A stretch of 64,000 bases of DNA, from IMG/VR virus record IMGVR_UViG_3300025138_000017; one strand, given 5' to 3'. Source of the stretch: an uncultured virus (IMG/VR IMGVR_UViG_3300025138_000017) (lineage: Duplodnaviria; Heunggongvirae; Uroviricota; Caudoviricetes). Each line of letters begins with the position of its first letter. The first letter of the stretch is position 1. This document shows, in pieces, positions 19,000 through 28,753 of this stretch. Position numbers and translations under genes: made by a program. Under the pieces are notes generated by a model. The model did no database searches. It worked only from the letters and a program-made list of their open reading frames with translations, and had not been told where the DNA came from.

Positions 19000-20829
19000 T
19001 TAAACTCCTAGATGACTGGGTGAATATATTTTAATTACTTCTTCTTTACCCTTAACTTTAATATCACCTATCTCTTTGCAATGATAACTTGAAGGTAGTT
19101 GGTCTTTTGTAAAACTAGATATTATAGTTTTATATTCTATATACTCATGCCGTGCAGCGGTAGCTTCGAGTCGAGCAGCAAGGTTGACTGCATCTCCAAT
19201 AACCGAATAGTCAAATCTGGATTCACTACCCATGTTACCAACAATACAATCGCCGGTGTTAATACCAGTGCCAACATTAATGTCAGGGAGACCGCGTTCT
19301 TTGTAGATTCTTTTAAGTTCATTTGTTTTTAATTCTATTTCTATTGCTGATTTGACTGCCATCTCAGCATGGTTGTTACATTCCACAGGTGCATTCCAAA
19401 AAGCCATAATACAGTCGCCCATATATTTATCAATGGTTCCTCCGTTGGCCAATATAATTTTAGTCATAGCATCTAAAAATTCATTAACTAATTCTACAAG
19501 TCCCTCAGGGTCATCATTATTTTTGTAATGCTCTGATATGGGAGTGAATCCACATATGTCCATGAATAAAAATGACATCTCTTTTCTGTCTCCACCCAGC
19601 TTTAATAGCGATGGGTCGTCCTGTAATTTCTGCACCATGTCAGGAGATAAATATGTTTGAAATTGTTTTTTAATCTGCTCTTTTAACTTGTAGGTTGTAT
19701 AATATTTGTTAAACGAGCTCTGCGCAAATACCACTATTGAACAAAGCAAAGCGAAGGATGCATCTAAGAAGATTAAGGTCGTCCATAAGTACCACGACAC
19801 TCCAATCGAGGCGCCAATCATACCAACTGACACTAACCCCGCAGCAGCTGTGGGAAGAGTATAGACCGCTAGAAGAATTCCTAAACATATGCTCACCAGA
19901 AGAGCGAGCTCGGCTATTGCACTCCAGTCGGGTTCGATTATTTGAATACCTGAAAGGGCGGTCTGAATTAGATGTGCTTGAACTTCGTGGGGATACATTG
20001 GTCCCATTGATGTTGCAACTGGATTAGAATATCCTTCAGCTGTAATTCCAAATACTAATACTTTGCCTTGAGGTATATCATCTAGTATAGATTGTGATTG
20101 AAATTTATTCCAAAATGCAATTGGGATTTGGCCAAAGCTATCTGTTGTAATTGGATCTAGTTTTCCAATCCTAACCCACTCTACTCCATTGTCTCCAACT
20201 TTAACATTATAGCTTGGTTCTCCAGTAAACACCCTAAGCGTATCGAGCGCAAGTCCAGGGTACTGAGTATCATTTGCTCTAATGATAAGAGGAGCTCTTC
20301 GCACAACGCCTGTTGGCTGGTCTGGAATACTTGCTGCAGCTCCAACTCCCATTGCCCAGTTACCAAGTATATCAATAGGATATAATAATCCTGGATATTC
20401 ATATAACCATCCTTTAGGATCTTTTCCAAATGTACCTACACCAACATGAGCACCAACTCCATCTGATAATTGATTGGTTGGTGCTGATGTTAATACTGTT
20501 GCTTTGTTTGCAATTGCTTGCATGAATTCATGATCACCACCAAATCTATCTGGCTCTGAATATATCATGTTTAAAACATATAAAGAATTGCCAGGTCCTT
20601 CGTTCATATACTTTGCCATTATCTCTCTAGGCCAAGGATACTGTCCTTCTTTTTGAATTGCTTTTTCGTCTATGTTAATAAGTACTATGTCTTCTGATTG
20701 TACTTGTTCTTGAGTCTGTTGGAAGTAATCGTATTGAATAAACCTTAAAGATTTTATTGGATCAGGATTCCATACCTTGACAGATGCCAATAGCATTATA
20801 GTTATTAATACACTCCACCACTTAGTCAT
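19000..20829 (-). CDS. CHASE2-domain class III adenylate/guanylate cyclase
   Basis: IDEKAI...GQYPWPR CHASE2 domain, 3 TM helices, FMDICGFT, IDKYMGDCIMAFWNAP, GDAVNLAARLE. Confidence 0.93.
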   Translation of the reverse strand: MTKWWSVLITIMLLASVKVWNPDPIKSLRFIQYDYFQQTQEQVQSEDIVLINIDEKAIQKEGQYPWPREIMAKYMNEGPGNSLYVLNMIYSEPDRFGGDHEFMQAIANKATVLTSAPTNQLSDGVGAHVGVGTFGKDPKGWLYEYPGLLYPIDILGNWAMGVGAAASIPDQPTGVVRRAPLIIRANDTQYPGLALDTLRVFTGEPSYNVKVGDNGVEWVRIGKLDPITTDSFGQIPIAFWNKFQSQSILDDIPQGKVLVFGITAEGYSNPVATSMGPMYPHEVQAHLIQTALSGIQIIEPDWSAIAELALLVSICLGILLAVYTLPTAAAGLVSVGMIGASIGVSWYLWTTLIFLDASFALLCSIVVFAQSSFNKYYTTYKLKEQIKKQFQTYLSPDMVQKLQDDPSLLKLGGDRKEMSFLFMDICGFTPISEHYKNNDDPEGLVELVNEFLDAMTKIILANGGTIDKYMGDCIMAFWNAPVECNNHAEMAVKSAIEIELKTNELKRIYKERGLPDINVGTGINTGDCIVGNMGSESRFDYSVIGDAVNLAARLEATAARHEYIEYKTIISSFTKDQLPSSYHCKEIGDIKVKGKEEVIKIYSPSHLGV

Positions 20830-20838
20830 AATTTTATC

Positions 20839-22116
20839 CTACCAGGGATCTGCTCCTGGATAACTACATTCGCTTCTCATTAGATCAAATCCATGACCCC
20901 TTGCATCGTCTTCGTATGCATATTTATTATCAACTTGTTTAGTTATTGTCATTTTACTACTGCTTTTCATCATCGTCCACATAGTAGTATCATCTTTTCT
21001 AATTAAATCAGATACATTACCCCACCAGTCTTTATAGAATGCATCACTTGGTTCAAATAATTTATATCCTGGGTCTTGATTTGCTTCTAGGAAGAATAGC
21101 TTTTTATTCTTATCAAGCATAAAATCCATACCAAATGTTGTCCATGTTCTGCCCTCAATACATTCTGGTACTTTTTGTAAATGTATTATTTCGTTAATGT
21201 ATTCTTTAATATATTGACACATTAGCGGATATACTTCGTCATGGTTGTCAAAGAAAGTTGGATCATCATTCAATCTCATCATACTATGCTGAGCCTTTAA
21301 TAATCCTAGTGGATCGTTCCACCACTCTTCTATGTCTTTATGCTTTTCATTTTCTTTCAATTCATCAAAAGAGTCATATCTCATTTTAATATCTCTTGTG
21401 TGAGTAGAGTTAGTTAGATGAAACCAATCAGGCTTTATCCAATGTCCTATTTTTTCAGACTCTTCCATTATCTCGTCTCTTGTTTTGTGATTAAAGATAG
21501 CAAACTTATAATGATAATCTTTCATTACTGCTATGTCGCCCTGATCGCTAACAAGAGTCCATATTCTAATAGAATATTTTTTGTCTTTATAAAAATCTTT
21601 ATCAATAAAGTCTGGGTGTGATCCATTATATTCAATATCAAATAAATGCGGATCTAAGTTTCGTTGCAACATCCTTCCACCTGGCACTAGGTTATTGGTT
21701 TTAGCTAAACGGTCTCTTAAACGATTTCCTGGAACTATACTAATTCCTGTTCCAGCTTCTAATGTATAATGTTTTGTGAAGTATAGTTCTTTATCATTTA
21801 ATATGTTACTACATTCTTCATGTTCAAAATATGTCGGTGGGAACCAGTCTTTGTTTTTTATTGATTTAAGAAGGCCTTTATTTCCTAACCCAGCTCTACA
21901 ACCACATACACAATTTCTTAAACAAACTTTTTTATGAGGTTTAGAATACCTCATAACTTTTTGATGCCATGGTGTTCTATATAAAAACACATCATAATCA
22001 TTAGCTACGTTTTCTGGTTTTTGATTTGCACTGCCAGCACATATATCATCAGTAGGCTCGCCAGCAAATTTCATTAATGGCTCCCACTTTACGCAGAAAT
22101 TAAAAAGTGTTTTCAT
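20839..22116 (-). CDS. Tubulin-tyrosine-ligase (TTL/TTLL)-like ATP-grasp protein
   Basis: KYSIRIWTLV, HLTN, FGMDFMLD...FFLEANQDP motifs; start moved to MKTLF. Confidence 0.75.
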   Translation of the reverse strand: MKTLFNFCVKWEPLMKFAGEPTDDICAGSANQKPENVANDYDVFLYRTPWHQKVMRYSKPHKKVCLRNCVCGCRAGLGNKGLLKSIKNKDWFPPTYFEHEECSNILNDKELYFTKHYTLEAGTGISIVPGNRLRDRLAKTNNLVPGGRMLQRNLDPHLFDIEYNGSHPDFIDKDFYKDKKYSIRIWTLVSDQGDIAVMKDYHYKFAIFNHKTRDEIMEESEKIGHWIKPDWFHLTNSTHTRDIKMRYDSFDELKENEKHKDIEEWWNDPLGLLKAQHSMMRLNDDPTFFDNHDEVYPLMCQYIKEYINEIIHLQKVPECIEGRTWTTFGMDFMLDKNKKLFFLEANQDPGYKLFEPSDAFYKDWWGNVSDLIRKDDTTMWTMMKSSSKMTITKQVDNKYAYEDDARGHGFDLMRSECSYPGADPW

Positions 22117-22133
22117 AATATAATGTAATTTAA

Positions 22134-22790
22134 CTAATCGCCTTGAGTAACATTGATAGTACAACCACCAGCTGTTACACAAGTTTGAGTCAAAGAATAT
22201 GATTGATCGGTTACGCCTTGTTGTAATAAATCTAGATTAGTTGCTTGGGATCCTTTTAATGTAATTAATGCAGTGTGTGCACCTGATCCTTTTTGCATTA
22301 AATCTACGTCAGAATTATTAGCTGTACCGTAATAATAAAGTCTAGCATATTTGTCGCCAGCACCTTCTTGCCATATATCTGTATCAGTATTGTTAGAATG
22401 GATATCTAAGTAAGTCTCATGATCTCCGTCACCATCTTGGTATACGTCAACTGCATTATAATCACCAAGTACATGGGCTCCATAAACAGCTCCACCACGT
22501 TGGTCTATATTAATTACATTTGAAACACCATCAACATCACCACCCCAACTAGCTCCAGATCCCCACCAGGGTACCCATGATACTGTATTGTTATCATTTT
22601 TTTGAGTTAAGTTAAATGTGTTGTTATTATGTGCTGTACTAAATCTAATTAAGTTGCCATACCCTATCTGGTCAATATCAATATTAACATTATCCCCACT
22701 ACTAACTTGTTCTATGTGTACGTGATTGTCACCAGCGAATGCAATCATTGGTGATGCTAAAATTATTAATGCTATAATTATATCTCTCAT
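22134..22790 (-). CDS. Curlin-repeat secreted protein (CsgA/CsgB-like)
   Basis: Signal peptide followed by N-x4-Q-x-G repeats (IDQIGYGN, VYQDGDG, IWQEGAG, LMQKGSG, VTQG). Confidence 0.75.
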   Translation of the reverse strand: MRDIIIALIILASPMIAFAGDNHVHIEQVSSGDNVNIDIDQIGYGNLIRFSTAHNNNTFNLTQKNDNNTVSWVPWWGSGASWGGDVDGVSNVINIDQRGGAVYGAHVLGDYNAVDVYQDGDGDHETYLDIHSNNTDTDIWQEGAGDKYARLYYYGTANNSDVDLMQKGSGAHTALITLKGSQATNLDLLQQGVTDQSYSLTQTCVTAGGCTINVTQGD

Positions 22791-22798
22791 ATTAATAT

Positions 22799-23947
22799 TT
22801 AGTTCTGTTGAGTTATGACAATAAAAATATCATCGCATCCATTTAAACAGATCTCTCCCTCATATCCTTCTACATATGATACTATTGATGCAGCTGCACC
22901 TATGTCTAATTGCAATCTAATAGCTCCGTTTACGTCCCTTAAAAATACTACGTCGCCATCCTGTTCAAACACGTTGTATTGTGAATCTTTGTTAAACCCA
23001 ACTGAAGCACCTTTTATTGTAAATGCGCCTGCAGAACCCTGTCTCTGTACGTCAGAGAGCGATGCTGTAGTTCGAACTAATGCTTCTACTATATCAAGCA
23101 AATCGGTTAAGAAGTCGACATCCAAGAAGTCTATATCTAATTCTGAAAATTCTAATTCGTCTGTAGATAGTCCTGCATCTCCTTCAAGCTCATTAAACTC
23201 TAAAAAGTCTACATCTAATAATCCTTGATCTTGGTTTTCTTCGTCCCTTGCTGCAGCTTCTAAGTTCCGTCTTACATCAGGAGGTGGTGCTACAATAAAC
23301 ATATTGTCTATCATATTGGGTGTTATGTTATTAATAACAACCGTTGGCGTTGGAGGGCTATCATATGCTGTTACCATTGTAGCTGCATATGCTTCTGTAA
23401 GCGTTACCTTTCCTCCATCATTAAACACGTCTATTTGTCCAGATGGATTACCAAAGTCGTCTGGTAATAATATAACTAAACTTCTCCCTAGCTCATCTAT
23501 AGTTGTCGTAAAGTCTGTCCCTCTAACAGCAATAGTAGCTGTTGGAGTTGATATGTCTATATTGTTCTTATTGACCATTCCAAGTCGTCCACTAGCAAAT
23601 CTAGCAGTGCCCATTGCCATACGCATGGTCATTTTACTTTTACTTGGATCGGGGTCATAGTATACATTATCAATGTACACTCTTGTGTTTTCTGTTAATG
23701 ATAATTCTGCTTTATCTTTGAATTCGATAAGCATTCTGCCGTTGTTTGTTTCGGCAGTGTCGTTCATGTTTACTTCTGGTACGAACGAACCTGAGACTAC
23801 GAGCTCTTCTCCAGCCTCTCTAGTTAGCTTTGCGCTTCCTTTATACTCTTTAATATCTCCAATGGGTTCAGCTAAAACCGAACCCATGAAGAAGCCTATA
23901 CTAGCTGTCGTTAGTAGCGTCTTTCTGATTAATTTGAATTGTTGCAT
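22799..23947 (-). CDS. FecR-domain periplasmic protein
   Basis: Signal peptide, ISTPTATIAVRGTDF FecR motif, acidic C-terminal region. Confidence 0.85.
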   Translation of the reverse strand: MQQFKLIRKTLLTTASIGFFMGSVLAEPIGDIKEYKGSAKLTREAGEELVVSGSFVPEVNMNDTAETNNGRMLIEFKDKAELSLTENTRVYIDNVYYDPDPSKSKMTMRMAMGTARFASGRLGMVNKNNIDISTPTATIAVRGTDFTTTIDELGRSLVILLPDDFGNPSGQIDVFNDGGKVTLTEAYAATMVTAYDSPPTPTVVINNITPNMIDNMFIVAPPPDVRRNLEAAARDEENQDQGLLDVDFLEFNELEGDAGLSTDELEFSELDIDFLDVDFLTDLLDIVEALVRTTASLSDVQRQGSAGAFTIKGASVGFNKDSQYNVFEQDGDVVFLRDVNGAIRLQLDIGAAASIVSYVEGYEGEICLNGCDDIFIVITQQN

Positions 23948-24629
23948 TCTCAGAATCTATGTCCAATGTTATGATACCATTACAAGTAGAAATACCCCCC
24001 GGGCATGTTCCACTCATTTGGTTGATATCAATATCAGCACTGGAGCCAACATGAGTCAAATTGATCTCTTGCTCACCACCATCTTTTTGCATAGTATTAA
24101 TATTGTTTGATCCACCAGTAATACTCATGTTCCAAACTGCATCATCGACGTCTATATCAACATCAAATACGTTTGAACTTCCAATCACTGTCAAGTCAAA
24201 ATCTAATCTTTCTGCACTAGCGTTAGCACCTATGTCAAGGTCCATTGTATTAGAATCACCAGTGATATCCGAAGCGATGTTCATATCATCTGCTGATCCA
24301 GTAGAACCAATGTTCCAGTCCCATACATTGCTGTCGCCAATCCAACTTAAAACAACGGTCGACGTATCAGCGATGAACGGTCCGTATAATAAGTTTTCAT
24401 TACCTTGCTGATCGATATTAAAATTTAATGTGGTACCAGTAATTACCATTGGAGACGAACTTGATGAAAAGTCGTTCAATCCAATTTTGTTACCGTAACC
24501 AATCTGATCAATTAAAAGTGTTAAAGTATCACCCTCTTGATTGATGTTAATTTCGTTATCGTCAGTGGCTGCTGCATAAATGAAAGATGTAGAGAATAGT
24601 AAAGTTAGGCCTAATAATATTCTATTCAT
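23901..24629 (-). CDS. Curlin-repeat/beta-solenoid secreted protein
   Basis: Signal peptide, DNEININQEG, repeated GDSN/GSSN/GGSN beta-repeats. Confidence 0.7.
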   Translation of the reverse strand: MNRILLGLTLLFSTSFIYAAATDDNEININQEGDTLTLLIDQIGYGNKIGLNDFSSSSSPMVITGTTLNFNIDQQGNENLLYGPFIADTSTVVLSWIGDSNVWDWNIGSTGSADDMNIASDITGDSNTMDLDIGANASAERLDFDLTVIGSSNVFDVDIDVDDAVWNMSITGGSNNINTMQKDGGEQEINLTHVGSSADIDINQMSGTCPGGISTCNGIITLDIDSENATIQINQKDATNDS

Positions 24630-25560
24630 TTCCTTCTCCCTCTAAAGGATGTAAAAGCTGAGTTCCGTCCGCATTATGCGGGTGCCTATGTCCATCCTTG
24701 ATTGTCCAAAAACCTCTATCATGTCCTTGGTATATTAATTCCAGTACTGCAGCTTCAACAGCTGTTCGTACCGCATAAGTCACATTCTCATTATTTCCCA
24801 CACCGTCTTCATATTCTAATAAGGTAGTTCCGTTTTCAATAAACTTAAAAACATCTCCACCGCCACCATAAGAAAGGATAGACTTTCTTGTTTGGACGTT
24901 TAATAATACTTCACCAGTTAGAACACTAACAGCTCTAACAGAAACAGTAACTTGATCTTGTTTATACTGTTTTGTTTTGCCTATACCAAAGATACGCGCG
25001 CCACGACCTCCGGATTTTATATTAGTGTCATAACCTATAACGCCACCCTCAATAATCATTCCTGCGAATAAGAGTGGTCCAATATTTTGCGGCTCTATAT
25101 TAAGCGCTTTTGCCGCTTCATCTCTTCCGGATCTAATAATCTGTCTTTCTCTAACTAGATGATCAATCCCCTGTCTCTCAACTACTCTAAACCAGGTTCC
25201 GCCACCTGCAGTTTTTAGAGCATCTATTAATAATTCTACACCGCCTTGAGTTACAGCAGTACTAAATGACTGACCTGAGGCGGAATCTTTTCTTTGTCCT
25301 GATTTATCTAAAAAATCATAAACAGCTACAACTGGTTTTTGGTCTGGTGCCGGTAGTTGTAATAGTTCTAAGTAAGATGGTAAGCTAATTACTTCTGCTT
25401 CTTCAACACAAAGATAGGTTCTGTTAACTGCTTTTTCAACTGCAGTTATCATATCAACTATTTCTACCTGGTCACATTTTATTGGCTCATCAGTCCACAC
25501 TGGAGTATCAGACTCCTGTAAGACTCCTAAGACAAGCATCAAACCAAGTAGAACCTCCAT
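24622..25560 (-). CDS. csgG: Curli secretion channel CsgG
   Basis: VAVYDFLDKSGQRK, FSTAVTQG, WFRVVER..L..ERQII, EGGVIGYDTN. Confidence 0.92.
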   Translation of the reverse strand: MEVLLGLMLVLGVLQESDTPVWTDEPIKCDQVEIVDMITAVEKAVNRTYLCVEEAEVISLPSYLELLQLPAPDQKPVVAVYDFLDKSGQRKDSASGQSFSTAVTQGGVELLIDALKTAGGGTWFRVVERQGIDHLVRERQIIRSGRDEAAKALNIEPQNIGPLLFAGMIIEGGVIGYDTNIKSGGRGARIFGIGKTKQYKQDQVTVSVRAVSVLTGEVLLNVQTRKSILSYGGGGDVFKFIENGTTLLEYEDGVGNNENVTYAVRTAVEAAVLELIYQGHDRGFWTIKDGHRHPHNADGTQLLHPLEGEGNE

Positions 25561-26060
25561 TATCCGTCCCCATCTGAACCATTACCATCACTGTCTTGTG
25601 AATAGTATCCAGTTCCAACCGGTATTTCTATAACGGTTTCAGATCCAAACTCATCTACAACTGTTAATCTAATAACATCTGGTGATCCATCAACACCAGG
25701 AACAAGTTCCCAAGTAATAACCGAACCTTCTAATGTAAATGTACCAAACGTATTTGGACTGTCGTTAGAAAACATACTGTCAACTAGCTGTTTTGCAAAC
25801 TGTGCGTAAATTCTTGACTCGAGATTCCTCATGAATTTGGCCAATGTAGTATTCTCTGCTTCCCTTTCTGCCGCTTTTCTTGCAGCCTCTAAAGCATCTT
25901 CGATTGCCTTCTTCCTTGAATGCTCCTGGTTCTCAATTGTTAAATAATGAGCACCAGTGCCTTGTCCACTGAATGAAGGATTTTTAAATTTGTGTACTAT
26001 GTCTGCTTGTGCTGTTAATGCCAGCGCTCCAACCAAACTAAGTAGTATTTTATATACCAT
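25560..26060 (-). CDS. csgF: Curli assembly component CsgF
   Basis: Signal peptide then HKFKNPSFSG, F.RNLESRIYAQ, C-terminal ETVIEIP. Confidence 0.88.
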   Translation of the reverse strand: MVYKILLSLVGALALTAQADIVHKFKNPSFSGQGTGAHYLTIENQEHSRKKAIEDALEAARKAAEREAENTTLAKFMRNLESRIYAQFAKQLVDSMFSNDSPNTFGTFTLEGSVITWELVPGVDGSPDVIRLTVVDEFGSETVIEIPVGTGYYSQDSDGNGSDGDG

Positions 26061-26346
26061 TATCTTTTAACTCCTGAAATGCATTCTCTTTTTCTGCATC
26101 TCTAATAATATCTTGAGTCTGTTTATACTCTAATACTGTGTCTACCTTTTGTTGTAGACGAATTAAATCATTATCTAGCATTCTAATTTGATCAATCAAT
26201 TTGATCAACTCTTTTTGAGATGTTCCTAGCGCTGGTTTTAATTCCAGTGTCAGAAACTTCCACAGATACCACATAAAGTATCCCATACCCAATGCAAGTA
26301 CCATTGGAAATCCAAACTCAGCAACTAATAGTGCGACCTTATCCAT
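26050..26346 (-). CDS. Small TM plus coiled-coil protein (paralog of next ORF)
   Basis: EFGFP TM, IRMLDNDLIR. Confidence 0.65.
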   Translation of the reverse strand: MDKVALLVAEFGFPMVLALGMGYFMWYLWKFLTLELKPALGTSQKELIKLIDQIRMLDNDLIRLQQKVDTVLEYKQTQDIIRDAEKENAFQELKDNGI

Positions 26347-26347
26347 A

Positions 26348-26641
26348 CTAATCTCGTCTGGCGTCTATGTTGCCATCTTCTATAAAGTTTTCAGCTCTTG
26401 CAATCCTTTCAATATCAGGTTTTAATTCCAATGCTGATGAAACTAATAGATCAATTTTTATCATATCATTATTCATCTGTCTCACTCTACTCTCAAGTCC
26501 ACCAATAATACCTGTAAGTGTACCTACCTGACCCTTTACAGAGTCTAGCATATACTTTAATGTTAGAAAAATAAAGAAGGCCATAATTAAGGCACTTCCT
26601 ATTGGTACACCGACCTCAAGTAAAAACTGCGTAATAGTCAT
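26348..26641 (-). CDS. Small TM plus coiled-coil protein, first gene of the curli operon
   Basis: EVGVP TM, VRQMNNDMIK. Confidence 0.65.
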   Translation of the reverse strand: MTITQFLLEVGVPIGSALIMAFFIFLTLKYMLDSVKGQVGTLTGIIGGLESRVRQMNNDMIKIDLLVSSALELKPDIERIARAENFIEDGNIDARRD

Positions 26642-26646
26642 ACGAC

Positions 26647-26654
26647 TATTTATA
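26647..26654 (-). promoter_or_regulatory. T4-type late promoter of the curli operon
   Basis: TATAAATA, 5 nt upstream of the ATG at 26641. Confidence 0.75.
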
Positions 26655-26665
26655 CAGTTTAGGCA

Positions 26666-27535
26666 TTACCTTCTCCACAAATGGATGATAATTGCACTTC
26701 CAATGCTGTCTAGTGTGCGGATATTTGATTTAAGCTCATATGGTCTATTAGGATCCATAGAATTACCCTGCTCATGACCTGCTTGAGGTAGGAATCTTAT
26801 TTTATTATTGACTATGAGGATATCTTTTGTTCCTCTTTTAGGAATGTCCATGGTATCGCCAGCAAATTTAATGTAGCCAATTTGACTCCAGTCCTTAAAG
26901 ATCTGATCATACGTGTTAAGATTAGATGGCCAAAATGAAGTACAATATACTTTATCATTATTACCTGGCATTTTAGCTGAGTCGTATTCTGTTATTATAG
27001 GTACTGATGGTAATGCAGATGACATTGGATTTTTAAAACATCCATTCTCATCAAGTATATTTAATGATTCTATTCTTTCTTTTCGGCCATCAGCTCCTAA
27101 AGAAAAATCATAATCAACTACTACAGAACAATCTTCTGGGTTGTGGTGAAATAAATCACCAATCTTCATATCCATCATAGCATCAGTTAAACCATATTGT
27201 TCGTCAACTTTGTTCCACGCAAACAATCTATTAAATTTTGTTACTGCATGACCAGTTTTTTCTGAACCAATTAAACTGGAATGTTCGCCTGCTTTAGAAT
27301 TTACATAGTTTTGATATTCTTGATATCTTGCTTTACCAAATACCATTCTATGACGTCTCCATCCACCACTCTGTAATTGACATCTCCACGGAGATTTAAC
27401 AGCTATTGTTTTACCTATACGCGTATGTGGTGTCGGGACTTGTTGTGGAAGTTGCATTGTTCCTTCGCCTTCCACTTTTATTTCTGTCATTACTACATCG
27501 TAGCACATTTTAGTTGCTGGATATGTTATAGGCAT
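26666..27535 (-). CDS. Hypothetical protein
   Basis: 289-aa ORF coupled to the upstream ORF. Confidence 0.65.
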   Translation of the reverse strand: MPITYPATKMCYDVVMTEIKVEGEGTMQLPQQVPTPHTRIGKTIAVKSPWRCQLQSGGWRRHRMVFGKARYQEYQNYVNSKAGEHSSLIGSEKTGHAVTKFNRLFAWNKVDEQYGLTDAMMDMKIGDLFHHNPEDCSVVVDYDFSLGADGRKERIESLNILDENGCFKNPMSSALPSVPIITEYDSAKMPGNNDKVYCTSFWPSNLNTYDQIFKDWSQIGYIKFAGDTMDIPKRGTKDILIVNNKIRFLPQAGHEQGNSMDPNRPYELKSNIRTLDSIGSAIIIHLWRR

Positions 27536-27858
27536 TATACGCTCGCTGTTGCCAAATTTACTGGCATGTTTGGATCGTCTATGGCTTTTGATTTGAGCAA
27601 ATTACGTATAGCAAGTGCTCCGTCTATTGTGCCTGAAATGTCATTTAGATTATCAGCGACTCTTTCAAGATGATCAGTAATAGTCTTTTCATTGGTAGGC
27701 GGTACTCTTTCTGCCTCTGTAGCATCTTCTGGATAGTTTACAAGTAATAAAACAGGTTGAGCTGATTTGTTAAATTTAACGCTTGCAACATAGCAGCTAG
27801 AATTAACTGCTGAGTATGGTGATGCTGATATAATAAATTGTCGGGTAAGCTCTGTCAT
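27535..27858 (-). CDS. Hypothetical protein (late)
   Basis: TATAAATA at 27864-27871, 5 nt before the ATG. Confidence 0.6.
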   Translation of the reverse strand: MTELTRQFIISASPYSAVNSSCYVASVKFNKSAQPVLLLVNYPEDATEAERVPPTNEKTITDHLERVADNLNDISGTIDGALAIRNLLKSKAIDDPNMPVNLATASV

Positions 27859-27866
27859 ACATTTAT

Positions 27867-28624
27867 TTATAAAACAGAAACAAGTACCATCATTGAAGCA
27901 ATAAAACCTAGGAATAAAAGTGTAACTAGGAATGCAAAGAAGATAACTTTAAGTTCCGTTACCTGTACGTCTTCTTTTTTACCAACGCCCATGACGGCTT
28001 TAAATGCTTGCTTGATCAAAACAGTAAAGTATTGTATAACATTACAGCCAACATCATACCAAACACAAGAGCTTGTATTATTGCTGGTACCACAACAAAC
28101 ATTTTCATTGGATCGAAGTTGCCTGTCATAAAATAGTCACCACCATTTTGCCACTGCTCCACTTCTTCTGGTGTAGCGTCTCTTGGTTTATTAAGTAGTA
28201 GTTGTAATTGTTGACTCATATTATTGGTGTTAATGCAAAAATGAATCCACAGAATGTTAATGTTAGCAAAGCAATTTCTACTTTGTCCATTATTATATTC
28301 TCAATAGTTTTGCTTTGAATTGTTCCGCCTCTCTGATTGCACGAAGTGCTCCCTGGTTTGGATCGTATTGATGCAGACCGAGGAGCAACATTGAGTACAG
28401 AAGGCTTGGTAATAGTAAGTTCAGCCATAGTAGTTTCATCCTTAGAATCTAGTTTCTAAGTACATAATAGTTATTGGTAACAGTATCGGTCCTAGCAGAC
28501 ACAAAGCGAATCTTAGCACTTCTTCGATAGTCGAACAGATTTCACAAACCTGTTGGTGATCATCTCTAAACTTGTCAATCCTGGTCTCCATGAACTTCAC
28601 TGCCCGTAGCACAGATGTGGTCAT
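27867..28624 (-). CDS. Cluster of five tiny single-TM proteins (28442-28624, 28293-28439, 28216-28290, 28016-28219, 27867-28019)
   Basis: Translationally coupled hydrophobic mini-ORFs after late promoter TATAAATA at 28686-28693. Confidence 0.5.
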
Positions 28625-28753
28625 AGTTCCTCTTAAAAATTAAAATAATTAACGATAAGTATGAATGATGTTTCATCATTCGAATTATTTATAAGACTAT
28701 ACACCTTTATTGTTATAAAGACAACAGTTTTTTATTACTTTTGGTTATGGGGG

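Noticed and set aside
22815..24411. Long plus-strand ORFs antisense to FecR/curlin genes, and similar ones elsewhere
   Set aside because: Shadow ORFs caused by codon bias of the real minus-strand genes.
28216..28428. 70-aa ORF as listed in the track
   Set aside because: Better explained by a 48-aa TM ORF (28293-28439) followed by a 24-aa ORF (28216-28290).
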